Shown here: one piece after another, positions 12,891-28,066 of the stretch
Layout: every line of letters begins with the position of its first letter
Position numbering within the stretch: the stretch's first letter is position 1
Assembly (NCBI RefSeq): GCF_009914755.1
Contig: NC_060942.1
Reading direction: 5' to 3' (one strand)
DNA: 64,000 nt
Origin: the human T2T-CHM13v2.0 reference genome, Homo sapiens
Position numbers and translations under genes: made by a program
The notes under the pieces: generated by a model
Seen by the model: only the letters and a program-made list of their open reading frames with translations
What the model was told of the DNA's origin: nothing
Databases searched by the model: none

Positions 12891-13420
12891 GGTTTTCAGT
12901 AATTTCTTCAGTCTTTTGTGAACATGTGGGGTTTTAGGCTGAACTGTGGTTCTTCTTGATATTCTTCATCTTGTCTATCACCTGTTTGAGAATGATAAGC
13001 AAGGACTTGATTCCTTCTTTTAGGTCATAAACTGGGATAAATTCTGCATGACAGTCATACTGTACAAAAGTGTGAAAGCTACTTATGAAGCAGTGAGGTC
13101 CCTTTTCATCAGCCTGTTTTCATGCTGAGACAGGGCATAGAATTTGCATCTCCTTTCCCAACTTCTTGATCCAGTCCTTGGATAAGTTCTTTGTTTCCAC
13201 TCTGGCTTTATCAAAGGGATACAGTGTACATGATCATCACTTCCACAGTTGTCACAGTGCTGCTGGGCTTTGTGAAATGAGGGGTATTCTTTTCAGTGTT
13301 CACCATACACCATCCACTGTTTGATTTTCAGACTGTAGAGTTGGCGTAAAGTGATAGTGGCCATGGCATTACTCTGTCGGTAGTCAGCCCACAGGAGAAA
13401 GTGCTGGTGCTCCTCTCCTG
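12891..13420 (-). pseudogene. Heavily decayed PSMA5-like (proteasome alpha-5) processed pseudogene
   Basis: Minus strand gives colinear intronless pieces DKARVET, DEKGP, TFVQYD, KEGIKSLLIILKQVI, TVQP, HMFTK matching PSMA5 DKARVETQN, DEKGPQ, TFVQCD, KEAIKSSLIILKQVM, TVQPGQNFHMFTKE; many indels. Confidence 0.75.
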
Positions 13421-13835
13421 CGGATCTTCCTCAAGGTGAGGTTAGGTTCTCCTGTTACGTGTTTCCATTTGGATGCCGTGCTTTCACTCTCATAGTACTC
13501 CCACACTTTGTTTTCTTTTTGATTACAAGGTCCTTTTTGATTACAAGTCCCTGCTTCTGTAATCAGGGACTCTATGTCGCTATTATCTATCCTCAGGGCC
13601 TAGTAAGTTGTGCACGAAGGCGCTCAAGTATTTGAATGTAGGCATATATGGAGAGAGTAGGGGGCAATAGGGCTGCAGCCCCTAAGGGATTCTGAGGGTC
13701 ATCACACATATCAGTGTGTTGAGTTTTGATTTCTTTGCTTATTCTACTTACAAAAGCAGTATATGTTCATGTGAAAATCACTAAAATGTAATTTCCTCTT
13801 CAAAGTAATTGACAAACTTGTGGTGTGTTGTTTTG

Positions 13836-13868
<33 letters not shown>

Positions 13869-13869
13869 A

Positions 13870-13971
<102 letters not shown>

Positions 13972-14482
13972 TGAGTACCTGGGATTACAGGCATGCGCCA
14001 CCACCCTTGGCTAATTTTTGTTGTATTTTTAGTAGAGATGAGGTTTCTCCATGTTGGTCAGGCTGGTCTTGAACTCCCAGCCTCAGGTGATCCGCCCACC
14101 TTGGCCTCCCAAAATGCTGGGATTACAGATGTGAGCCACCCGGCTGCTTGTGTTTTTTTTTTTTTTTTTTTTTTTTTGGAGACAGAGTCTCACTCTGTTG
14201 CCCAGGTTGGAGTACAGTGGCATGATCTCAGCTCACTGCAACCTCTGCCTCCTGGGTTCAAGCAATTCTCATGTCTCAGCCTCCAAGTAGCTGAGATTAC
14301 AGGTGTGTGCCACCACACCAGGCTAATTTTTTTCTTTTTAGTAAAGACAGGGTTTTGCTAAGTTGGCCAGGCTGATCTTTGAACTCCTGGCCTCAAGTGA
14401 TCTGCTGATCTCAGCCTCCCAAAGTGCTGAGACTGCAGGCATGAGCCACTGTGCCCCGTCTATTGTGTCTTTTAAGTATTAG

Positions 14483-15023
14483 TGTGTCCAGAGTTGGTTC
14501 CTTCTGGTGGGTTTGTGGTCTTGCTGACTTCAAGAATGAAGCCGTGACCTTGGCGGTGAGTGTTATAGCTCTTAAAGATGGCACAGACCCAAAGAGTGAG
14601 CGGTAGCAAGGTTTATTGTGAAGAGCAAAAGAACAAAGCTTCCACAGTGTGGAAGGGGACCTGAGCGGGTTGTTGCTGCTGGCTGGAGTGGCCAGCTTTT
14701 ATCCCCTTATTGGCCCCTCCCACGTTCTGTTTCTTTCCTATCCGAGTGCACTTTTTTCAGTTCTCCCTGTGATTGGCTACTTTTAGGATCCTGCTGATTG
14801 GTGCATTTTACAGAGCGCTGATTGGTGCATTTTATAGAGCGCTGATTGGTGCATTTTACAGAGTGCTGGTTGGTGCATTTTAGAATCTTCTTGCTAGCTA
14901 CAGAGCACTGATTGGTGTGTTTTTACAGAGTGCTGATTGGTGCATTTTACAATCCTCTCGTAAGACAGAAAAGTTCTCCAAGTCTGCAGTCAACCCAGGA
15001 AGTCCAGCTGGCTTCACCTCTCA
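14483..15023 (-). mobile_element. 3' LTR (LTR12-type)
   Basis: Colinear with 28067-28608; about 11% different by eye, many changes at CpG. Confidence 0.93.
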
Positions 15024-15087
15024 ATCTCCCCCCACCCCCGTCTAAACAGGACACCCCAGCTGCTGTTGGGAATTGGGTGATGACCGC

Positions 15088-16487
15088 TCTAGTTACTTCT
15101 TGCTGGATAGGGGCGAAGAAGGGGCCCTGCAGTTGTAGTGTCCTCTGGAGGTGAATTCTCTAGGCCAGTCAAAGGGCCAGTGGGTTGGTCCAGGGGTCCT
15201 CAGTAGAAGTTGTGAGTTGAGCTCATTTGGGGTGCCATTTGTAAGACCATCTGTAGCTTGATGGCCTCGATCCTGAAGGAAACAAATTTGACAAGGAGAT
15301 TAAAAACACAGGGCCTGAAGGCGAGTAATAGCAAGATGGCTGTCACAGGACCTAGAAAGGGGAGAAGCCATGTCGCCCAACTCCAGAGGTTGGGATGAGT
15401 TTGAAAGCCATTGTCTGATTTCAGAAGCCTTTTCCTATAAACACCTGGTGGCATCTCGTACTATCCCTGACTGGTTAGTATAAAAGCAACACTCTTCCCC
15501 TAAGAAGGTACAAAGTCCTCCTTTCTCAGCAGTGAGGAGGTCTAGGCCTCAGCGGTTTTGGAGAGTCACTGCTGCCAAACAGTCTATTTGGGATTGTAGA
15601 GTAAGGATAGATTTTGTTATTTCTTGCAAACTGTCTGAGAAATCCTTTGAGAGTGTGTGGTAGTAGGATAATGAAGTAGATAAACTGGCTATTCTGGTTC
15701 CTGTAGTGGTGGCCATTCCTAACCCTATAAGTAGTGGTATTAGTTGTATGGCCCTGCGCTGATGGACTTGAGCTTTGAGGGGCACTGATAGGGTCTGATT
15801 TCCTGGGGCAATGTCAATGTTGGGACTTAGGAAGACTAAGGTGCAGGTGCCTGTCTAGTTGGTGGGGAGGCAGATATAGGTTGAAGTTCCACATAAGAAG
15901 AATATGGCTTCGCTGGGTAGACAGAACTGGTTGTGTATGTTAAAAAGGTGTGTGAATTTGTTGTTTTCATTTTCCCATACTCCTAAAGTACTTGCCAAGG
16001 TAGCTCTGGTGAGCGGCTGGGAAGGGGTGTTGGGAGCAAACTGAGTGGCTCTCTGTGTTCTATTTTCCCATTGGAGAAAAAACCGTTTTGTATCTACTAG
16101 GAAGCATTCAAGAAAGTAATTGAAAGAAGGGAGGAGAAGGCATTCACTAGCGGTGGGGGCGCTGCTGCAGGGGGTCCAGAGGTGAATGGTCATGCAGGGA
16201 GTATGTTTGCCATGACAAAACCCGGACTGTTTGTTAAGCAGGGAGGAAGTGATGATTTTTGGAGGCCCTGTGAAGCAGACAGGCCATCTGAATGGAGCTG
16301 TTTGGGTGACTCAGAAGTTACTATGATCAGTTGGGGCTTGAAGTTGTAGGGTGTAATTATGCTGATGGGATAGTAGGTGCCCCAGGGGCAGGCCTGATAA
16401 CAGGTTGCGCTGCATGCATAAAGGGGCTTGGGAAGTTAAGACGGTTTCATGGTTACAGGGCTGTGTATGGGCTTTTCATTGCTCGTG
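15088..16487 (-). pseudogene. ERV9 env, 5' part deleted, multiple stops
   Basis: HQRR/AIQLIPLLIGLG cleavage site and fusion peptide; [20 protein letters not shown] with TGA at 15549-15551; CX6CC; TM WLLPFLGPVTAILLLL. Confidence 0.88.
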
Positions 16488-19273
16488 AATTATTTCATGA
16501 ATTAGGACTTAAACCACTTCCTCAGCCCTCTCTGTCTTGCAGGGGAAGGCTTCTATCCAATTTATAAAGGTATGAACACAGACCAACAAGTATTGAAATC
16601 CCCTTGACTTAGGCATATGGGTGAAGTCTAACTGCCAGTCCTCTCCGTGATAGTGCCCTATTCTTTGTTCCCCCAGAGGGGCCTTACGATGGACCAAGGG
16701 ATTATTCCTTTGGCACACTTCACAGGTTTTGACTACTTGCTGGATGGTGTGGAGGAGATTTGGCCCTGTAAATAGGGATATGGCCATTTGATGAATGTTC
16801 TCAATACCTATATGAAAAGTTTGGTGGAGGGTCTTAAGTATTTTCCACTGACTGACTTTGGGTATGAGTACCTTTCCCTCTTCTGTTGTTAACCACCCCG
16901 AGGGGAGAAAAATATGCCCCCGTGAAAGTCCCCATTCTGTTTCAGTCAGGGAATACTGGGGGTTAATCTCTTGGAGAGGGTTGTTCCATACCAAGGGTTC
17001 CTCCATAGGTATTCCTAATGGGAGATTCTGCCTGGCAGCAATTTTGGCCTCAGCGTCTGCCTGACGGTTTCCTTCTGCCTTTTCTCCTTCACCTTTTTGA
17101 TGGCTTTGGCAGTGTAAGACTGCCACCTCCTTGGGTTTTTGCACTGTGTGCAATAACTTCATGATTTCCTTGAGGTATTTAATGGGGGTTCTCCCAGAGG
17201 TTGGGAACTCCCTTTCTTTCCGTATTGCAGCATGGGCATGTAGGATTAGATAAACATACTTGCTATCTGTATACACATTTATTCTTTTTTCCTTTCCCAG
17301 TTCTAAGGCTCGGGTAAGTGCCACTAGTTCTGCTAACTGGGTGCTGGTCCCTGGGGGAAGAGGCTTACTTTCAAGTACTGTTACATCACTAACTATGGCA
17401 TAACCTGCCCTTTGTATCCCATTCTCCACAAATGGACTTTCATCGATATATAGGTTAAGGTCAGGATTAGCTAAGGGGACTTCTAAGAGATCCTCTTGGG
17501 TGGCGTAAGTCTGGGTCACAATTTGTTGGCAGTCATGCTCGATTGGTTCTCCATCCTCTAGGAGAAAAGTAGCAGGGTTGAGGGCTGCACAAGTACATAT
17601 TTGAAGCACCGGTCCCTTAAGGAGTAGCGCCTGGTATCTAAGCAGGCAGTTGTCTGATAGCCATAAACTTCCTTTGGCACGTAGTGTGCCATTTACATCA
17701 TGAGTAGTCCAGACAGTGAGATCCTTTCCTTGTGTTATTTTGATACCCTCTGATACTAAGATGGCCACCGCTGCAACTACCCGTAAACAGTGAGGCCAGT
17801 CTTTTACTACTACATCAATTTCCTTACTTAGGTATGCCACTGGTTATGGGGTTGTCCCATGAGTTAGAGTAAGTGCTCCAAGAGCTATTCCCACTCTCTG
17901 TGGCGTATAAAGAGAAGTTTTGTCCTGTGGGAAGGCTTAAGGCTGGAGCTTGTACTAGGGCCTGCTTTAAGGTTTTGAAGGTTGTTTTTGCCTCTGGTTC
18001 CCATTCTACTAGATACAGTATTTGCCCTCTGGGTCTCCTTGATTAGCATATAGAGTGGCCTGGCCATCTTGCTGTAGCCAGAGATCCATAGTTGGCAAAA
18101 GCTGGTGATCCCAAGGAACCCCCGCAACTGTTTTAATGTCATAGGGCAAGGATAAGCCAGTATAGGTTGTATTTGTTCCTTGCTGAGGGCCCTGGTTCCT
18201 CTGGCTAAGATTAGGCGTAGATATTTGACTTGTTATAGGCAGAGCTGGGCCTTCAATTTAGACGCCTTGTACCCTTGATTAGCTAGAAAGTTCAAGAGAT
18301 CTAGAGTAGCCTGCTGGCATGAGGCTTCCAAACTGGTATCCAAAAGTAAATCATCCACATACTGAAGGACCAGAGTGCCTGGACTTGAGAAGTGGCCTAG
18401 ATCTTGGGCCAGTGGCTGATCAAACAGATGAGGGCTATCCCTAAACCCTTGAGGCAAGACTGTCGATGTGGGATGTGTGGTCTGTGGGATCCTCAAAGGC
18501 AAAGAGAAGCTGAGAGTCAGAGTGCAGGGGAGTGCAGAAGAAGGCATCCTTGAGGTCCAGAGCAGTGAACCATTCTGCTTCTTCTGGTATTTGAGAGAGC
18601 AGGGTATAGGGGTTGGGTACAACTGGATATAGAGGAATTACTGCCTCATTGATGAGTCTAAGATCTTGCACCAGTCTCCACTGACTGTTTGGTTTTTGTA
18701 CTCCTAGAATTGGGGTGTTGCAGGGACTGCTGCATTTTCTTACTAAGCCTTGAGCTTTTAAATGTCTAACAATATCCTGTAATCCTTTAAGAGCTTCAGG
18801 CCTTAAGGGATATTGCCTTTGATAAGGAAAAGTGGTGGGGTCTTTTAGCCTGATTTGGACTGAGTGGGCATTTTTAGTCCTTCCAATGCCCAGACTTCAG
18901 GGTTGATTCCCTCCTCAACTAGGGGACAACAAATGGGTAACTTGTTATTCATGCAAATAATAACTCCAGCTTTGGCTAATATCTCCCTCCCTCATAAGGG
19001 TGTAGGACTTTCAGGCATAACAAGAAAGGCACGTGAAAAGAGCAAAGTCTCCCAATTACAACTGAGAAGGTGGGAGAAATACCTGGTTACAGGCTGTCCC
19101 AGGATTCTTAGGATGGTAATGGACCTTGAGGACGGCTGTCTGGGGCAGGAGATTAACACTGAGAAGGCCGCGCTGGTGACCAGGAGGAAGTCAATTTCCT
19201 GGCCCTCAATGGTTAAACTTACCTGGGGCTCAGTGAGGATGATGACATGAGCTGGTGCTTGCCCTGAGCACCC
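16488..19273 (-). pseudogene. ERV9 pro-pol, frameshifted, integrase truncated
   Basis: RT motifs LDLKDAFF, LPQGFRDSP, LQYVDD; RNase H YTDSKY; integrase HHCC and WQLDF; sequence jumps to env near 16488. Confidence 0.9.
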
Positions 19274-20732
19274 TCAGTCCTGTTGTTGGATCATCTGGTC
19301 GGGGGCCTCTGGCTCAGAGAACCTTTGTTTTCTAGGGCAGGGTGCCTTCCAGGGATTGCCCTGGCATAGTGGACATGGGTGAGGGGGCGCTTGTTTCTCA
19401 CTGGACAGTCTTTTTTAAAGTGTCCTTGCAAACCACACTAATAACAAGCCCTACCGGGTTATTGCCCTGCTCCATTTTCTGTCCTCTCTGAACCATCAAG
19501 GTTTGTTTGTCTGAGGGCCATGACTAAGGCTGCGGCCTTTCTCTTACCTTGCTTTTCCTTTTCGTCCTGTTCCTCTCGGTCCCTATTATAGAACACTGAG
19601 GTTGCCAGGTTTAATAATGCCTCCAGATTTTGTTCAGGGCCCAGGGCTCACTTTTAGAGCTTTCTCCTGATATCTGCAGCTGATTGCATAATAAACTTAT
19701 CTTTGAGGATCAATTAACCCTCAAGGGTGTCGGGTGACAGGGGAGTATATTTTCTTAAGGCCTCCCGTAGCCGCTGGAGCAAGGCAGTAAGATTTTCTTC
19801 CTTTCCCTGAGTTATGGTGGACATCATTGAATAATTCATGGGCTTTTTCCTAATTCTCCTTAGTCCTTCTAGAACACAGGTCAACAGATGTTTGTGACTC
19901 CAGTCCCCATGATCTGAGTCTGGGTCCCAGTGGGGATCCGTACTAGGGATGGCTTGCTGACTGGTAGTGAATTTATCCCTTTCTTTGGCTGTTATTCTGT
20001 CATTTACTTGACTAAGAGACCAGGTATCTTCGAACTCTTGGGCTGCAGCTAAAGCCACATTCTTCTCATTAAAGGCCAGGATTTGATCTAACAATAGCAA
20101 GACATCTCTCCAAGTGAGGTTGAAGGTTTGCCCTAGACCCTGTAGGACATCTATATACCTATCAGGATTATCTGAAAACTTCCCCAGGTCTACCTTGATC
20201 TGCTTTAAATCAGAGAGGTAGAAGGGACATGTATCCAGGTTGGGCCAAATTTCCCTTCCCCTACAGCTTGAAGGGGATGTAACCGATAGCCTGGGGTTTT
20301 TTTTGTGGTCCCTTGGAGATTTCTTGCTTGTTTCCTTCTGGGTGGGGGAGATTAGAGGAGGCTTATCATTAATAGGAAGGGGAGCTGTAGGGAAGCTAGG
20401 ATATGGAGGTAAGCTGAGAGGTCCTCCTGTGGGATGTAGATTGCAAGCTTTGCATAGTTGTGAATTATCCTTCAATGAAAAGAAAGCTTGGACGTAAGAT
20501 ACCTCACTCCATTTGCCTTCCCTCTTACAGAAAAGGTCAAACTGCAGGATAGTATTGTAATTTATACTTCCCTCAGTTGGCCATTTTTCCCCATCAGAGA
20601 GAGAATACTGGGGCCAGGCCATAGTGCAGAAAAAATAAGCTGCTTCTTTTTCAGGTTTTTTGGGTCAAATTGGTCCCAGGGGCTTAGGATACATTTCAAG
20701 GGTGAGCCTGTTGATGCCTGAGCGTTTCCCAT
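19274..20732 (-). pseudogene. ERV9 gag, frameshifted
   Basis: ATG 20732 (MGNAQASTGSPLKCIL...); ORF 19714-20622 has [19 protein letters not shown] and ITQGKEEN...LREALRKYT; TGA 19274-19276 at the gag-pro junction. Confidence 0.88.
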
Positions 20733-21614
20733 CAGAAAAGAGAAAACTGCCTGTGGTTTTTTCCCCCTGCCGAAGAACCTGCAACGGTCCGTGGACCCTG
20801 CTGTTCAGAATAGTTGTGCTCACCAAAGCAGCAGCAGAAACAATAGTTTTCCTCCTAGACCACAAAGAGGACCAAGGAATGTCAGATTTAGTGGCCCTTA
20901 CTGACGCATTCTCGAAAACCTGTACCTTTGCCTTTCCTCTTAGCTCACAAAGAGGACCAAGAAAAATCGGATTTAGTGGGCCTTATTGACACATTTTCGA
21001 AAACCTGTTAGAGTCCTAAGCATTTTCTCCTGTTGGTATTGGGACCTTACTCTTGTCCTATAAAGCTGATGTGCCTCAAAATGGAGTGGAGGGCCATACC
21101 CTGAGGAAGGGAAGGGATCTCCAGGGTTGGAAGAGTGATGCCTTTTGTCCTCACTTCTTATCATATGAATAGGAAGGATATAATTTCTGAGGCTCCCCAT
21201 ATCCTAGCTTCGGGAATAGCCTTTGTTAGGCCTGCTAGTCTGAGGAGGGATCCTAAAATTCCAGATAGTCCCCACTCTGCAGTCGGGCTTTGGGCAAAAA
21301 TTATGTCTGATTGGTGAGCCCGGGTGCCTAAAGAAGGAAACAGAGTCCTGAAATTTATTTATTTATTTTTTTATAAGTAATGAACTAATATTTATACCTT
21401 TTTTTTTTAAATTATACTTTAAGTTCTAGGGTACATGTGCACAATGTGCAGGTTTGTTACATATGTATACATGTGCCATGTTGGTGTGCTGCACCCATTA
21501 ACTCATCATTTACATTAGGTATATCTCCTAATGCTGTCCGTCCCCCTTCCTCCCACCCCACGACAGGCCCCAGTGTGTGATGTTCCCCACCCTGTGTCCA
21601 AGTGTTCTCATTGT

Positions 21615-25433
<3,819 letters not shown>

Positions 25434-25496
25434 TATGATGTAAGCTGGTTATTTTGCTCGTTAGTTGATGCAGTTTCTTCCTAGCATCGATGGTCT

Positions 25497-26516
25497 TTAC
25501 AATTTGGCATGTTTTTGCAGTGGCTGATACTGGTTGTTCCTTGCTGTGTTTAGTGCTTCCTTCAGGAGCTCTTGTAAGGCAGGCCTGGTGGTGACAAAAT
25601 CTCTCAGCATTTGTTTGTCTGTAAAGGATTTTATTTCTCCTTCACTTATGAAGCTTAGTTTGGCTGGATATGAAATTCTGACTTGAAAATTCTTTCTTTA
25701 AGAATGTTGAATATTGGCCCCCATTGTCTTCTGGCTTGTAGAGTTTCTGCCAAGATATCTGCTGTTAGTCTGATGGGCTTCCCCTTGTAGGTAACCTGAC
25801 CTTTCTCTCTGGCTGCCCTTAATATTTTTTCCTTCATTTCAACTTTGGTGAATCTGACAATTATGTGTCTTGCAGTTGCTCTTCTCGAGGAGTATCTTTG
25901 TGGCGTTCTCTGTATTTCCTGAATTTGAATGTTGGCCTGCCTTGCTAGGTTGGGGAAGTTCTCCTGGTTAATATCCTGCAGAGTGTTTTCCAACTTGGTT
26001 CCATTCTCCCCATCACTTTCAGGTACACCAATCAGATGTAGATTTGGTCTTTTTACATAGTCCCATATTTCCTGGAGGCTTTGTTTATTTTTTTTTATTC
26101 TTTTTTCTCTAAACTTCTCTTCTTGCTTCATTTAATTCATTTGATCTTCAATCACTGATACCCTTTCTTCCAGTTGATCGAATCGGCTACTGAAGCTTGT
26201 GCATCACGTAGTTCTCGTGCCATGGTTTTCAGCTCCCTCAGGTCATTTAAGGTCTTTTCTACACTGTTTATTCTAGTTAGTCATTCGTCTAATCTTTTTT
26301 CAAGTTTTTAGCTTCTTTGCAGTGGGTTCAAACATCCTCCTTTAGCTCAGAGAAGTGTGTTATTACTGGTCGTCTGAAGCCTTCTTCTCTCAACTCATCA
26401 AAGTCATTCTCCGTCCAGCTTCGTTCCATTGCTGGTGAGGAGCTGCGTTCCTTTGGAGGAGAAAAGGCGCTCTGAATTTTAGAATTTTCAGCTTTTCTGC
26501 TCTGGTTTCTTTCCAT
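25497..26516 (-). pseudogene. L1 ORF1, disrupted
   Basis: ATG 26516 MERNQSRKAENSK; premature TGA 26328-26330; SLQEIWDYVKRPNL and ILRAAREKG motifs in ORF 25655-26131; frameshift near C-terminus. Confidence 0.9.
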
Positions 26517-27079
26517 CTTTGTGGTTTTGTCTACCTTTGGTCTTTGATGATGGTGATGTACAGATGGGGTTTTGGTGTGGGTGTCCTTTCTGTTAGTTTT
26601 CCTTCTAACAGTCAGGACCCTCAGCTGCAGGTCTGTTGGAGTTTGCAGAAGGTCCACTCCAGACCCTGTTTGGCTGGGTATCACCAGTGGAGGCTGCAGT
26701 ACAGCAAATATTGCAGAACAGCAAATGTTGCTGCCTGATCTTTCCTCTGGAAGCTTCGTCTCAGAGGGGCACCTGGCTGTATGAGGTGTCAGTTGGCCCC
26801 TACTGGGAGATGCCTCCCAGTTAGGCTACTCTGGCATCAGGGACCCACTTGAGGAGGCAGTCTATCCAATCTCAAACTCCGTGCTGGGAGAATCACTACC
26901 CTCTTCAAAGCTGTCCGACAGGGATGTTTATGTCTGCAGAAGTTTCTGCTGCCTTTTGTTCAGTTATGCCCTGCCCCCAGAGGTGGAGTCTACAGAGACA
27001 GGAAGGCCTCCTTGAGCTGCAGTGGGCTCCACCCAGTTCAAGCTCCCCGCCACTTTGTTTACCTATTCAAGCCTCCGCA

Positions 27080-27193
27080 ATGGCGGACCCCTCTCCCCCA
27101 GCCTCACTGCCGCCTTGCAGTTTGATCTCAGACTGCTGTGCTAGCAGTGAGCGAGGTTCTGTGGGCGTGGGACCCTCTGAGCCAGGCGCGTGA
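27080..27193 (+). other. L1 ORF0 homologue (antisense ORF of L1 5' UTR), stop at codon 38
   Basis: GCAATGG start; MADPSPPASLPPCSLISDCCASSERGSVGVGPSEPGA* resembles L1HS ORF0 MAGAPPPASLPPCSLISDCCASNQRDSVGVGPSEPG. Confidence 0.8.
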
Positions 27194-28045
27194 TATAATC
27201 TCCTTGTGTGCTATTTGCTAAGACCATTGGAAAAGTGCAGTATTAGGATGGGAGTGTCCTGATTTTCCAGGTACTGTCTGTCACGGCTTCCCTTGGCTAG
27301 TAAAGGCAATTCCCTGACCCCCTTGTGCTTCCTGGGTGAGGCGATGCCCCCGCAGCTTTGGCTCACACTCCGTGGGCTGCACCCACTGTCCAACAAGTCC
27401 CAGTTAGAGGAACCCAGTACCTCAGTTGGGGATGCAGCAATCACCGGTCTTCTGTGTCACTTATGCTGGGAGCTGTAGACTGGAGCTGTTCCTATTCGGC
27501 CATCTTGGAACCTCCCCCCGAAATTTATACTAGAAATTATCCTTATAAGAGAAACTAGAAGAGCAACAGGGACAGGGAGTGGTTTTTAGGAGTGGGAGTA
27601 GCCTTGGAGAAGAGAGGTGGGAGGAAGTTTGTCTGACAGGCATTAGGACGCAGGAGGCAAGTTTCAGGATAGATAGGATAGATGGGTGAGTCTCGCTTGG
27701 GCGACATAACTTTGAGAGTTCCGCTCACTGCTGCAGGGTCAACCAACTTTTTGTCGGGACCCCAGAGCTGAATGTCTTTCCTCTCTGTCGACCCTTGGCT
27801 CAGCCCAGAAGTATAGGAAAAGTGGAAGCTGGTTCCAGGCAAACCAACGCTCCGAACTCCAAAGAGTCTGGGGTTGTTAGAGAGCCCTTTCCCAGAAAGC
27901 CTGACACCCGTGTCTTTAGTCTGGCGGCCATGCTAGTCATTTTTAACAGGCCAACAGGTGCCCAGTATTTAGCCCCCAAATTCTAAGGAAAAATAGGACA
28001 GAATAGCAAGCAAAAGGGGTCCGATGGTCCTTATCACGTGGCGAT

Positions 28046-28063
28046 ATCCTGAACAAGCCCCCA
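28046..28063 (-). other. Primer binding site, tRNA-Pro-like
   Basis: TGGGGGCTTGTTCAGGAT 3 nt inside the 5' LTR; 15/18 match to PBS-Pro TGGGGGCTCGTCCGGGAT. Confidence 0.8.
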
Positions 28064-28066
28064 AGA

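Noticed and set aside
12891-13420. Idea that the proteasome-alpha fragment derives from PSMA8, which I recall lies near TAF4B
   Set aside because: Peptides match PSMA5, not PSMA7/8, and it is intronless; proximity looks coincidental
14790-14955. Regular ~24-nt repeats resembling a CRISPR array (also 28376-28535)
   Set aside because: No unique spacers; these are the LTR12 U3 tandem repeats in eukaryotic DNA
15549-16193. env as a syncytin-like co-opted gene
   Set aside because: Signal peptide and SU start deleted; stops in SU and ISD; frameshifts
20869-21009. ~55-nt direct repeat in ERV leader
   Set aside because: Internal to the ERV9 pre-gag leader and probably a family trait rather than locus-specific
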